Source: Candidatus Saccharimonadota bacterium
GTDB lineage: Bacteria > Patescibacteriota > Saccharimonadia > Saccharimonadales > JACDBH01
Reading direction: 5' to 3'
Assembly: GCA_013694995.1 (NCBI GenBank)
Contig: JACDBH010000004.1
Location: 60,828-124,827, forward strand
DNA: 64,000 bases
A program made the position numbers and the translations under genes. The notes below the pieces were generated by a model. The model ran no database searches, was not told the DNA's origin, and saw only the letters and a program-made list of their open reading frames with translations. This document shows positions 27,366 through 36,913 of this stretch, one piece after another. Each line of letters starts with the position of its first letter. Position 1 is the stretch's first letter.

Positions 27366-27754
27366 GGGGCTGTAAGCTTCGACATTTGGACATTTACAAG
27401 TTGGTTTTGCAGGTCGCTTGTCAGCGTTATAGGCACATCTGAATAGATGCAAAAGATTCACTTACTGCAATGGTAAATCGTGTGCAAAACATGCGGTTTG
27501 CTGGCGCATTACAAGCAGCTTAATTGTCGCTTGGGCTGTCGGTTCGACATCAGATAGAACCAACCAGTCTCATATTCATCTGATTGCTTAAATACTGTGA
27601 TCCATAGTATTTACTAAGAATTCAGGATTGCAGCACATAATGTTTTTGTCCGTTTTCATCATCATGGGCTAAAGAAACCATCCAAACAGACTATACCTGT
27701 AGACCGCCAACTAGTAACCGAATGGACGCGGGATCAAACCCGCCAGCTCCACCA
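27366..27754 (+). ncRNA. ssrA: tmRNA (ssrA)
   Basis: 5' end GGGGCTGTAAGCTTCGAC (compare E. coli GGGGCUGAUUCUGGAUUCGAC). 3' end GGACGCGGGATCAAACCCGCCAGCTCCACCA (compare E. coli GGACGGGGGUUCAAAUCCCCCCGGCUCCACCA). 7-bp acceptor with a G3-U pair. Internal tag reading frame ...MRFAGALQAA-stop (stop at 27521-27523). Confidence 0.8.
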
Positions 27755-27850
27755 ATGAAAGTGCCCAACTAAAATGTTGGGCTTTTTCATTGGTGAAAAT
27801 TGTATGATGTCGTACAGTAATGAAATTTAAAAGCAGTTAAAATATATTGA

Positions 27851-28420
27851 ATGAACAACAAAGTTTTGATTATTTTACTGGTTTTATTAGTGGTTTTTGG
27901 CGGCGGATATTTTATTAGCCAGAAAACGCCTAACGAGAAGCCAGCAAGTAGTTCATCATCTGAGGCAGTAAATAGTTCGATAGCAACTCTTGATTTGAGT
28001 GGGCAGCAACTAACCGAGTTACCTGTAACGGTTTTAGATAGAACGGATATTAGGATACTTAACTTATCCAACAACCAGCTTACTAGCTTGCCTTCCGGCA
28101 TAGGTAGGCTAACTAATCTGGAAGTCTTAAATATAGAAAATAACCGCCTGGAAGGAAAACTGCCCGAAGAAATAGGGAATCTTAGCAATTTGCGAGAGAT
28201 ACTTGCCAATAATAATCGTATGACGGGCATACCGGCCGCAATCGGCAACTTAGGCAGTTTAGAAATCGCTGATTTTTCTAACAATCGGCTTGAGAGTTTA
28301 CCACTAGAACTAGGAAACCTAACTCAACTTAAACTTTTAGACCTTTCCGGCTACAATTCCTCGGCAAGTGATTTAAACGAGATTAAAAGATTGCTAACTA
28401 GCACGCAGGTTAAGACTTAA
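27851..28420 (+). CDS. Leucine-rich-repeat (LRR) protein with N-terminal signal/anchor
   Basis: N-terminal hydrophobic helix VLIILLVLLVVFGGGYFI. Six or more LRR units (LxxLxLSNNQLTSLPSGIGRLTNLEVLNIENNRL...). Confidence 0.75.
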   Translation: MNNKVLIILLVLLVVFGGGYFISQKTPNEKPASSSSSEAVNSSIATLDLSGQQLTELPVTVLDRTDIRILNLSNNQLTSLPSGIGRLTNLEVLNIENNRLEGKLPEEIGNLSNLREILANNNRMTGIPAAIGNLGSLEIADFSNNRLESLPLELGNLTQLKLLDLSGYNSSASDLNEIKRLLTSTQVKT

Positions 28421-28435
28421 TATTTAGGAGTAATT

Positions 28436-29035
28436 ATGAATCCAGATTATGATAACAAGCAAAGTGGGATGAAGAAGCTAGCACCGCTGGTAGTAGTATT
28501 GATTATTGTCGTAGGTCTGCTCGGTTGGTGGCTCGGACGCTCCGACAAGCCTTCTGATACAGCGTCAAATGACCTAGTTCCAGTATCTACTGCTAGTGAG
28601 GACGATGCCGAAGCCGTTAAATCTTTAGTTAGTTATGCGCTTCCGGACGGTTGGCAAGAAGAGTCATGTAAAGCTGCAGCTGGTTCAGTATATGTTAGGC
28701 CTGCAGGAGCTGATGATGTCGATTGTAATGCCAATCCTAGTTCAGATGTTAAAATCTCCATTGATCCAGAGAGTACCAAAGATTGTAATGAGCTGCAAAG
28801 TGTCCAGAACGTTAAGAAACACGTTTGTATCTCGCTTTATATTAATGGGCTTAGAAGTCTAAAAGCTACTACGGAGTATCTTGCATCGTCATCTTACGGC
28901 AGAGATACGACAGTAGAATCTTATTATGTGGATACAGGGAAAGGCGTTATTAAGGCAGAGTATTTCTATAATTCAGAAAACCGGTTCCAAACAAGCTTTG
29001 ATCAGTTAGCCAACAGCATCAACGTTAAAAACTAG
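28436..29035 (+). CDS. Hypothetical membrane-anchored/secreted protein
   Basis: SD AGGAG 7 nt upstream. N-terminal TM LAPLVVVLIIVVGLLGWWLG, then a soluble domain with several Cys. Confidence 0.5.
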   Translation: MNPDYDNKQSGMKKLAPLVVVLIIVVGLLGWWLGRSDKPSDTASNDLVPVSTASEDDAEAVKSLVSYALPDGWQEESCKAAAGSVYVRPAGADDVDCNANPSSDVKISIDPESTKDCNELQSVQNVKKHVCISLYINGLRSLKATTEYLASSSYGRDTTVESYYVDTGKGVIKAEYFYNSENRFQTSFDQLANSINVKN

Positions 29036-29230
29036 ACCAGGTCAATGTCTTGCCTAAATTTTGCATAAGCCCTACTCATAAAAGATATAATATAGATCTC
29101 ACTTATAACTGCACTACTCTTTCAGCGACTAACTAATGCACCAAAAAATTCAGCTTTTTATATTAAAGGTAGTATTTTAAACTGCTAGTGCTATTATAGT
29201 TTTAATACAACATAAAAAAGGCATAATCTT

Positions 29231-29449
29231 ATGCGTGAAGCTCTTTTAGAACAAACAAGTAACAACGAGGCTGTTGCCAATGGTGACATCGGTGTAGTAG
29301 CTGCAATCTACAAATACTTAAAAAACGTACCGGATCGAAATGTCTTTAGTGCAGGTGAAGTCACCGATATGCTTTTAGACATGCTTAATGAAGCCACAGG
29401 TCCGACACTAGAAGCTGAAAGCCAAGATCAACTAGTTAGCGTTTCTTAA
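29231..29449 (+). CDS. Small hypothetical protein (72 aa)
   Basis: ORF only. No motifs. Confidence 0.3.
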   Translation: MREALLEQTSNNEAVANGDIGVVAAIYKYLKNVPDRNVFSAGEVTDMLLDMLNEATGPTLEAESQDQLVSVS

Positions 29450-29590
29450 TACAAAAGCGACTTTGAATTCTTGCTGTAGATTTCAAAGTTAATTAAAGGC
29501 GTTCAAAATTCCATATATTTTGTCTGTTTTATTACTGCATTGCAGTTGCATATGCATGTAACCTGTATGAACAACTAAGGAGGATATATT

Positions 29591-29881
29591 ATGGATGACG
29601 AAGATTTACAAAAAGATGCTCAGTCGCCACTTGAAGAAGACAATGATACGCCGTTTTCAGAACCCGATGATACAAAAGACGATCTTACAGAGGATGAACT
29701 AAAAGATCTTGATAGCGGCGAGCTGGATGATACGCACCCTAATTCAGACAGTGGCATACAGCCGGAAGAAAAATATGACGAAGGGTTAAGCGGGGCTGCA
29801 GAAGCAGAAGAGCCTAACGGCGATAGTGCAGTTGTAGACATGGACGTTGATAATGAAGAAGACGAAGACGACAACGTATAG
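29591..29881 (+). CDS. Highly acidic (about 40% Asp/Glu) small protein
   Basis: SD AAGGAGGAT 7 nt upstream of the ATG. Sequence MDDEDLQKDAQSPLEEDNDTPFSEPDD...NEEDEDDNV. Confidence 0.5.
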   Translation: MDDEDLQKDAQSPLEEDNDTPFSEPDDTKDDLTEDELKDLDSGELDDTHPNSDSGIQPEEKYDEGLSGAAEAEEPNGDSAVVDMDVDNEEDEDDNV

Positions 29882-29898
29882 TCAGCTACAATGACTTC

Positions 29899-30069
29899 AT
29901 GGATGAGATCCAAACTCAGCTACCTTGTGCCGATAAACTAGTGTTCGATACCATAAATCAAGCCCAGGCAACCGCCACGACCGCGCAATACCAGCACGGT
30001 GCCAAAGTTAAGCCCTATAAGTGCCAGCACTGCAAACTATGGCATTTAAGCAGTGTATTGATGGAATAA
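29899..30069 (+). CDS. Possible small Cys/His-containing protein (56 aa), below the ORF-track cut-off
   Basis: MDEIQTQLPCADKLVFD...KPYKCQHCKLWHLSSVLME with a C...C-x2-C + H arrangement (possible Zn ribbon). No RBS seen. Confidence 0.25.
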   Translation: MDEIQTQLPCADKLVFDTINQAQATATTAQYQHGAKVKPYKCQHCKLWHLSSVLME

Positions 30070-30072
30070 TAT

Positions 30073-30276
30073 TTAGCGGTTTTTATAATGGTGCCGTCGG
30101 CGACGGAAACTACGCACTAGTACCAGTAAAAGGCTGAAAACTGTAACTACGCCTGCAATTATGTACCACAGTAAGGGCTCGTCTTTAGTCCCAGGCAATA
30201 GCAGAGGACCTTTGTTTTCCGGGACGATTTGGGCAACGTCTAGTATTGCCACTAAGTAGTCCGATGTGATATTCAT
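30073..30276 (-). CDS. Small membrane protein (67 aa) with C-terminal TM helix and Arg-rich tail
   Basis: LLWYIIAGVVTVFSLLLVLV followed by RSFRRRRHH. Resembles a sorting-signal-like tail but has no LPXTG. Confidence 0.35.
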   Translation of the reverse strand: MNITSDYLVAILDVAQIVPENKGPLLLPGTKDEPLLWYIIAGVVTVFSLLLVLVRSFRRRRHHYKNR

Positions 30277-30376
30277 AAGTATTACCTTGCGGTCTTAAAG
30301 TTCAGTATGCTCGAACCACTTTTAAACGTCAAGCAGTATGGCTTGACCCTGCGATACACTAAGCAGTACATTACAG

Positions 30377-31648
30377 GTGATGGATTTACCCCAAATAAAA
30401 CTACAGTTACCTAAGAGACCGATCACGATCGATCAAGACTTATTAAACAAGGCGCTGAAGTACGTCGACAGCTACTGGAAGAAATTAGAACGCCACCATA
30501 ACGAAGATTCAGGTACTCTTGTGGGCCTGCCATACCCTTACGTCGTACCTGCTGCCGATCCTAATGCCCAGTTCCGCTTTGAGGAACAATATTACTGGGA
30601 TAGTTACTTTACCGCTCTGGGAATGACAGGTGCAAAGCACCAAATACTTGTAGAAGGTATGCTTGAGAATCTGCTTTTCTTATTCCGCCGCTTCGGAATG
30701 ATTCCCAATGCTTCGCGCATGTACTTCACTAGCCGATCGCAACCGCCAATACTAACCAGTTTTATATTTCATGTTTACGAGACTTTTACAAAGGACTCAG
30801 AGTGGCTGCGCCAGAAAATTGATGTGGCAAAAGACGAATACGAAAAAGTATGGATGAGTAAAGGGCACCCGCAGTGGCACAACGTGCACAGGGGGCTAAG
30901 CCGCTATTACGATATCAATATGCTTCACGACTTGGCCGAAGCGGAAAGCGGCTGGGATATGACGCCGCGTTTTGAGCGCAAATGTTTGGATTTCTTACCG
31001 GTTGATTTAAATGCTCTATTGTACAAATATGAGACAGATTTTGCTCGTGCCGCAGAAATCTTGGGCGATACGGCGCAGTCGGCTGATTGGTCACGAAAAG
31101 CCCGTTCCCGTATGAATGCCATGGATGACCTAATGTGGGGAAAGCTTAGGGGCTTTTATTTTGATTACAACTATCAGCGCGGAGTCTTAGGTGATATATG
31201 GTCGTTAGCCGGCTTTTATCCGATGTGGGCGGGAATGGTAACGCCCGAACAAGCTAAAAAAATGGTCTTTAACCTCGACAAGTTTGAACGTAGAGGCGGA
31301 TTGACAGCCACTACCAGACCGTTAATTGATTATAGTGTATTATTTGGATCGCTCAAGGCACAGTGGGCTTACCCAAACGGCTGGGCACCGCTGCACTACA
31401 TCGTAATAGAAGGTCTAAAGCGTTATGGCTATCACGAGCATGCCAAACGCATAGCAACTGAATGGGTAGCTACCAATCTTAAATGGTTTGATAAAAACGG
31501 CGTATTTTTAGAGAAGTATAATGTTGTGAACAATAAAAAATCGCCTGTTGAAGGTCTGTACCCGTCTCAAACTGGTTTCGGTTGGTCAAACGCCATACTG
31601 GTTAATTTCGTCAAGGAGTTTAACCTTAAAGAAGGCTTATCCGACTAA
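30377..31648 (+). CDS. treF: Trehalase (GH37), cytoplasmic TreF-like
   Basis: Trehalase signature 1 FRFEEQYYWDSYF and signature 2 QWAYPNGWAPL. No signal peptide. Confidence 0.8.
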   Translation: MMDLPQIKLQLPKRPITIDQDLLNKALKYVDSYWKKLERHHNEDSGTLVGLPYPYVVPAADPNAQFRFEEQYYWDSYFTALGMTGAKHQILVEGMLENLLFLFRRFGMIPNASRMYFTSRSQPPILTSFIFHVYETFTKDSEWLRQKIDVAKDEYEKVWMSKGHPQWHNVHRGLSRYYDINMLHDLAEAESGWDMTPRFERKCLDFLPVDLNALLYKYETDFARAAEILGDTAQSADWSRKARSRMNAMDDLMWGKLRGFYFDYNYQRGVLGDIWSLAGFYPMWAGMVTPEQAKKMVFNLDKFERRGGLTATTRPLIDYSVLFGSLKAQWAYPNGWAPLHYIVIEGLKRYGYHEHAKRIATEWVATNLKWFDKNGVFLEKYNVVNNKKSPVEGLYPSQTGFGWSNAILVNFVKEFNLKEGLSD

Positions 31649-31825
31649 AACTAGGCAGAGTCGGTAACAGCCGTAAATATTTTGGATTACTAGATTCCTT
31701 AAGTGTAATATTAGAATATGACCATAACAGCAGCCTGTAATACAGTTATGATGATGCCCTCGTAAGGGCTTTTACTCTTTCTGAGGAACTTTTTATCAAT
31801 TTCATAAACAGGTACACTACTTACA

Positions 31826-33283
31826 ATGTCTAATTTTTATATAACTACATCTATACCTTATATCAATGGCGAGCCGCACCTAGGGCATGCAATGGAGTTT
31901 GTAATTGCCGATGCTTTGGCGCGCTATGCTAGAACGCAGGGTCTTACTACTCTCTACGCTACGGGCACCGATGAGCACGGTAGTAAAGTTGCTGAAAAAG
32001 CTGCTGAATTAAAACTTGCCCCGAAAGCTTTGGCTGATAAAAATGTTAAAAAATTCCAAGAGCTGTTACAACTACTGGAGGTCAGCAATGACCGCTTTAT
32101 ACGAACTACTGACAAGGGACACGAACAGCGTTCCCAAGTTATCTGGAAAAACATTAAAGATGATATTTACAAAGGCACTTATATCGGCTGGTACTGTACG
32201 GGCTGCGAGGAATTTGTTACCGAAACGGCCGCTAAAGAAAACAAGAATATCTGCCCGATCCACAAAAAACCTTATGAGAAAATCGAGGAAGACAATTATT
32301 TTTTCAAATTGAGCAAATATGCTTCTCAAATCCGTTCGGCAATCGAGTCTGGCAGCTTTGCGGTTATCCCTGAAAGCCGTAAAAACGAAATCCTTGGCAT
32401 TCTAAACGAAGGTCTGGAAGATATAAGTATCTCCCGACCAAAAGATAAGATTAGCTGGGGAGTGCCGGTGCCCGGCGACACTCATCAAGTCATTTATGTA
32501 TGGTTCGAAGCGCTGATGAATTACATTACAGTCTTAGGTTATCCGGAACATCAGGATTTTAAAACTTTTTGGCCAGCAGATTACCAAGTAATTGGTAAAG
32601 ATATATTACGCTTCCATGCTGCTATCTGGCCAGGCACGTTATTAGCGCTCGGATTACCGTTGCCTAAAAACCTTTATGTACATGGATTCGTGACCCTAAA
32701 CGGTCAGAAAATGAGCAAAAGCACCGGCAATGTCGTTGACCCAAAAGAAATTATCAGTCAGTACGGTGCCGATGCTTTCCGCTATTACTTCCTACGCAAG
32801 ATCCCTAGTTATGGCGACGGTGACTTTACCTGGGAGCATTTTGAGGCCAGCTATAATAACGAACTAGGCAACGAGCTTGGCAATGCCGTCCAGCGGACGG
32901 TTGTCATGATAGAAAAATTTCAGCAAGGACTTATAGGCGATATTCCTTCGGCTGAGCATGACTCGGCTGCCTACCATGAAGCCATGCGCCTATGCCGCTT
33001 CGACCGTGCGCTGGACGTTGTATGGGACCAGGTCAGGGGCCTGAATCAGTACATCGACGAACAAAAACCATGGCAAATAGCTAAAGAAAAAGATGAGGAG
33101 CACTTGCGGGAAGTCCTTGCTTATATGGTCAGCTGCTTACTAGAAATCGCTGAACTTTTAGAGCCGTTTCTGCCAAATAGCTCACAAGCTATAAAAAATA
33201 TTTTTGCTGAAGGTTTACTGCAAGCCCCAAAGACAGTACTTTTCCCTAAAATTGAAAACTACCCGTCTAAAAAAGCAGAATAA
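31826..33283 (+). CDS. metG: Methionyl-tRNA synthetase (core form without C-terminal tRNA-binding extension)
   Basis: HLGH motif (PHLGHAMEF), KMSKS (QKMSKSTGN), Zn knuckle CTGCEEF...CPIH. Confidence 0.9.
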   Translation: MSNFYITTSIPYINGEPHLGHAMEFVIADALARYARTQGLTTLYATGTDEHGSKVAEKAAELKLAPKALADKNVKKFQELLQLLEVSNDRFIRTTDKGHEQRSQVIWKNIKDDIYKGTYIGWYCTGCEEFVTETAAKENKNICPIHKKPYEKIEEDNYFFKLSKYASQIRSAIESGSFAVIPESRKNEILGILNEGLEDISISRPKDKISWGVPVPGDTHQVIYVWFEALMNYITVLGYPEHQDFKTFWPADYQVIGKDILRFHAAIWPGTLLALGLPLPKNLYVHGFVTLNGQKMSKSTGNVVDPKEIISQYGADAFRYYFLRKIPSYGDGDFTWEHFEASYNNELGNELGNAVQRTVVMIEKFQQGLIGDIPSAEHDSAAYHEAMRLCRFDRALDVVWDQVRGLNQYIDEQKPWQIAKEKDEEHLREVLAYMVSCLLEIAELLEPFLPNSSQAIKNIFAEGLLQAPKTVLFPKIENYPSKKAE

Positions 33284-34053
33284 TGGATTTTGTTGATACT
33301 CATTGCCATATTCAATTTGCGGATTATCCGTTGGATGCCGATGTGGTGCTAAAAAGCGCTAATCAGGAATTAGTTAGTAGGGTAATAGTTGTCGGCTGTA
33401 CGCTTCCTGATAGCCATGCAGGGGTAGAGTTTGTTAGTAGCCGGCCTAATACTTGGGCAAGTATCGGCCTACATCCGCACGAAGCTACGAGCTATGTTCA
33501 TAACCACCGTGCTCTACAGCAATTCCGCGATTTAGTCGCAAAAAACAAAGTCGTAGCCATAGGGGAAACAGGACTTGACTATCACTATAAACACTCGCCA
33601 AAAGCTGACCAAATTAAGCTGCTGCGCTTCCAGTTAGATTTGGCTCTAGAGCAAGATTTGCCACTTATTTTCCACGTCCGTGATGCTTTTTCTGACTTTT
33701 GGCCTATTTTTGACAACTATAAAGGTCTAAGAGGGGTAGTCCACAGTTTTACGTCTGATATACGGGATTTGGACCAAATCCTGACCCGCGGCTTGCATAT
33801 CGGCTTGAACGGCATTATGACTTTTACTAAGAAAGAAGAACAACTATTAGCCGCAAAAGTTGTCCCGATTGACAAATTGCTTTTAGAAACAGATGCTCCC
33901 TTCTTGACCCCTGTTCCATTTCGTGGTACAATAGGAGAGCCGAAATATGTGCGGGTTGTTGCAGAGTTCTTAGCTAATTTAAGGGGTGAAAGCCTCGAGG
34001 AACTAGCAAATGCTACTACGGATAATGCCATAAGGCTATTTAAACTATTATGA
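33283..34053 (+). CDS. tatD: TatD-family metal-dependent DNase/hydrolase
   Basis: FVDTHCHI, GETGLDYHY, and conserved His/Asp/Glu positions of TatD. The start ATG overlaps the metG stop. Confidence 0.85.
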   Translation: MDFVDTHCHIQFADYPLDADVVLKSANQELVSRVIVVGCTLPDSHAGVEFVSSRPNTWASIGLHPHEATSYVHNHRALQQFRDLVAKNKVVAIGETGLDYHYKHSPKADQIKLLRFQLDLALEQDLPLIFHVRDAFSDFWPIFDNYKGLRGVVHSFTSDIRDLDQILTRGLHIGLNGIMTFTKKEEQLLAAKVVPIDKLLLETDAPFLTPVPFRGTIGEPKYVRVVAEFLANLRGESLEELANATTDNAIRLFKLL

Positions 34054-34433
34054 AGACAATAAATCCATCACCATCAAATGAACATGAAAGCAATACCACC
34101 TACGAAGGTGCGTTGGGTTACATACAGCGCAGGTTGGTGGTTGTCCGAACAGCCCTTAATTTAGCTGATGTAAGTGTTATAAATGCTCGTAGAATAGAAA
34201 CCGAATCCATGGACAAAGAAAATATGTTTAGGCCCAATCAGGCAGGCCAGCTCGCAATGCGCGGTAAAGTACAAACTCAGCCCCAACCTGAATCTAAATC
34301 ACAGACCGTGCTTACTGAACAACCTGTTGAAGTTGATGACACTATGGATCCAATCATGATACAAGCTAACGTCGACAAATTGGCGGCTTATTCTAAGGAA
34401 ACTCAAGATGACATTTTTAAACAAGCTACTTAA
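34050..34433 (+). CDS. Hypothetical protein
   Basis: 127-aa ORF overlapping the tatD stop. No motifs. Confidence 0.35.
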   Translation: MKTINPSPSNEHESNTTYEGALGYIQRRLVVVRTALNLADVSVINARRIETESMDKENMFRPNQAGQLAMRGKVQTQPQPESKSQTVLTEQPVEVDDTMDPIMIQANVDKLAAYSKETQDDIFKQAT

Positions 34434-34785
34434 GGGTACTATTGCCCAGAGGCATCAAGACCGGGAAGCCGAACTTTACCGCAGCCTAATCCGCCGCGAA
34501 GCAAAGCTTGGCGGCGAAATTTTCGGACCTTTACCAGAAGGTGTGCGCCGGGAATTCTTCTGCCTAGACGAACACACATGGGTATGGCACGAAGAGTGGC
34601 TTGATGAAAAAAATCAGCGCCAGATACGTACTACTAGGTATGATATTCGACCAGGCGGTATATTAAAGGCCCAAGATGGTCAGAATTACCAGCGCATAAG
34701 CCAGTCAGAGTCCGAACGGCTGCTACAAGCAATAAGAACTTACGATCACCGGATCCGTACTGAGCTATACGCTGCCTATATTTAA
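34408..34785 (+). CDS. Hypothetical protein
   Basis: 125-aa ORF. No motifs. Confidence 0.35.
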   Translation: MTFLNKLLKGTIAQRHQDREAELYRSLIRREAKLGGEIFGPLPEGVRREFFCLDEHTWVWHEEWLDEKNQRQIRTTRYDIRPGGILKAQDGQNYQRISQSESERLLQAIRTYDHRIRTELYAAYI

Positions 34786-34853
34786 ATAAGGGTTGTATGG
34801 GTGTAGGGTTGAGGGTCTAGTAACTTCACCCCACACCTTATACCCTATACCTT

Positions 34854-35993
34854 ATGAAGCAACTATATTTTGATTACGCGGCTGCTACACCGGTGAGTAC
34901 GGTCGTTCAAGCGGCTATGGCCCCTTACTTAACAGACAATTTTTATAACCCCTCAGCGCTCTACTTAAACGCCTTAAATGTAAAAAAATTATTGGATGCA
35001 GCCCGGCAGGACGTAGCTGGAATTTTAGGCGCCAAAGCCTCAGAAATTATATTTACCGCCGGTGGCACTGAGGCAAATAATCTGGCAATTCAGGGTATTA
35101 TGCGTAACTATTCGGACTCAAATTGCATTGTAAGCAGCATAGAACACGAATCAGTATTGTTGCCGGCAGATTTGTTCTATTCAAAACAAGCGCCTGTTAA
35201 GCCCGATGGCCGCATAGACGTCAATCAACTAGTTAAGTTGATTGACAGTAAGACAGTTCTTATAAGCGTAATGTACGCCAGTAACGAAATCGGTACTGTC
35301 CAACCGCTGAGTGAAATAAGTAAACGGATAAAAGAAATCCGCCGGTCTCGTCAAAAGTCCGGTAACCACCTACCACTGGTTTTGCATACTGATGCCTGTC
35401 AGGCGCCCAACTACTTGCCTCTGATTGTTAATACCTTGGGCGTAGATATGATGACGCTGAACGGCAGTAAGATTTACGGGCCCAAACAATCAGGAGTTTT
35501 ATTTGTTCATAGCGGCATCGGCTTGCAGCCCTTCATCCTAGGCGGCGGTCAGGAGCGGAACTTACGCAGTGGTACCCAGAACGTTGCTGGCAGTATTGGC
35601 TTTGCGGCTGCATTAGTAGAAGCCCAGGGTTTACGCGAGGCCGAAAGTATCCGTCTCAAGGAATTACAGCAAGAATTTATAATAAAACTATCTAAGCAAC
35701 TGCCAAAAGCTGTAGTTAACGGCTCGCTGCAATACCGGTTGCCTAACAACCTGCACTTAACGATAGCGGGGATGGATAATGAGTGGTTAATGATGAGCTT
35801 GGACGAACGCGGCTGTATGGTTGCAACTGGTTCAGCCTGCAGCGCATCAAGCGACGAGCCGTCGCATGTACTTAAAGCTATCGGTTTATCCGATACTCTA
35901 GCCCACAGCAGCCTGCGTATTAGCATGGGCCGCAAAACAAACCGTAAAGCCGTAAACACGCTGTTACAGCATCTCGTTGACTTAGCTGGCTAA
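34854..35993 (+). CDS. Cysteine desulfurase (class V aminotransferase, NifS/IscS-like)
   Basis: FTAGGTEANN, SSIEHESVL, HTDACQA, and the PLP-Lys region LNGSKIYGPKQSGVLF. Confidence 0.8.
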   Translation: MKQLYFDYAAATPVSTVVQAAMAPYLTDNFYNPSALYLNALNVKKLLDAARQDVAGILGAKASEIIFTAGGTEANNLAIQGIMRNYSDSNCIVSSIEHESVLLPADLFYSKQAPVKPDGRIDVNQLVKLIDSKTVLISVMYASNEIGTVQPLSEISKRIKEIRRSRQKSGNHLPLVLHTDACQAPNYLPLIVNTLGVDMMTLNGSKIYGPKQSGVLFVHSGIGLQPFILGGGQERNLRSGTQNVAGSIGFAAALVEAQGLREAESIRLKELQQEFIIKLSKQLPKAVVNGSLQYRLPNNLHLTIAGMDNEWLMMSLDERGCMVATGSACSASSDEPSHVLKAIGLSDTLAHSSLRISMGRKTNRKAVNTLLQHLVDLAG

Positions 35994-36037
35994 TCAGTTG
36001 CTTGTTTCATAAAAGAGCGCTACTATAATGCATAAGC

Positions 36038-36886
36038 ATGTTCGTTGCAAAAATCAAACATCTGCTAACATTCAAACGCTGCGCATCTTTCCTGATGCTG
36101 TCGGCGCTTGTTGCGTTGCGTTTGACGGGAGGGATATACGCCCAGTCCGTAACTCAAGGCTATGGTAGTGACGAGACCCTGCAGCGAGGAATGATTGTCG
36201 GTACTAAAAAAGACGACCCGACCAAAGTTGAAGCCCTCAACGTAGATCAACTGGAACAGATGTTAGGCATTGTTGTCAGCCCGAACGACTCGCCAATTAC
36301 CCTATCCGGTGATGACGAGAAGGTCTTCGTAGCAACGGTGGGCCGTTATGAAGTCCTTGTGTCTGACCAGGAAGGCGCTATAAATCCAGGAGACTATATT
36401 ACCGCTTCATCTTTAGATGGAATAGGTATGCATGCTACTTTTGATCAGAGTGAAATAATTGGCCGTGCGCTAACAGCTTTTGATGGAACAGGCGGCAATA
36501 TTGTTGGCCAAAGCGACCTAATTGATACCAATGGCAATGCCCGCTCGGTCAAAATTGGCCGAATAGAGCTGGATATAGCTATCAGCAAGAACCCGCTGGC
36601 CAAAAGCGCGGCAGTTACACCTGAATGGCTGGGCAAAATTGGTCAGGCGATCGCTGGCAAAAGTCTAAGTCCGGCCAGGATTTACATTAGTGCCGGCATA
36701 TTTATCATTGGTTCTGTAATCGCCGGGTCCATTCTTTATGCAGGCATCAGAAGCAGTATTATTGCCGTCGGCCGCAACCCTCTAAGCAAGCGCAGTATCT
36801 TAAGGGGCCTAGTAGAAGTAATTTTTACGGCCTTAATTGTTTTCATTATCAGCGTAGTTGGGGTATATTTACTACTAAGAGCATAA
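36038..36886 (+). CDS. ATP synthase F0 c-subunit-like hairpin fused to a ~200-aa N-terminal signal-peptide-bearing domain
   Basis: C-terminal ~75 aa (IYISAGIFIIGSVIAGSILYAGIRSSIIAVGRNPLSKRSILRGLVEVIFTALIVFIISVVGVYLL) fit c-subunit helix-1 / ARxP loop / helix-2 with the conserved carboxylate. No in-frame ATG directly precedes this part. N-terminal part: signal-like helix plus a soluble domain. Confidence 0.5.
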   Translation: MFVAKIKHLLTFKRCASFLMLSALVALRLTGGIYAQSVTQGYGSDETLQRGMIVGTKKDDPTKVEALNVDQLEQMLGIVVSPNDSPITLSGDDEKVFVATVGRYEVLVSDQEGAINPGDYITASSLDGIGMHATFDQSEIIGRALTAFDGTGGNIVGQSDLIDTNGNARSVKIGRIELDIAISKNPLAKSAAVTPEWLGKIGQAIAGKSLSPARIYISAGIFIIGSVIAGSILYAGIRSSIIAVGRNPLSKRSILRGLVEVIFTALIVFIISVVGVYLLLRA

Positions 36887-36913
36887 GCAATTTCATAAGG
36901 TGGGTTAGTATAT

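Noticed and set aside
27787-28284. 165-aa ORF antisense to the LRR protein gene; similar antisense ORFs inside ftsA (53307-53894), the 54030 gene (54161-55018), alaS (51304-51810), atpA/atpG (39346-39672, 40012-40350) and LPXTG gene 1 (12077-12550)
   Set aside because: They are fully embedded in better-supported genes on the opposite strand and have no motifs.
36031-36040. CATAAGCA motif as a -35 element of the ATP synthase operon
   Set aside because: Here the motif overlaps the annotated start codon and lies downstream of a TATAAT. It is not consistent with the promoter geometry seen at the other copies.
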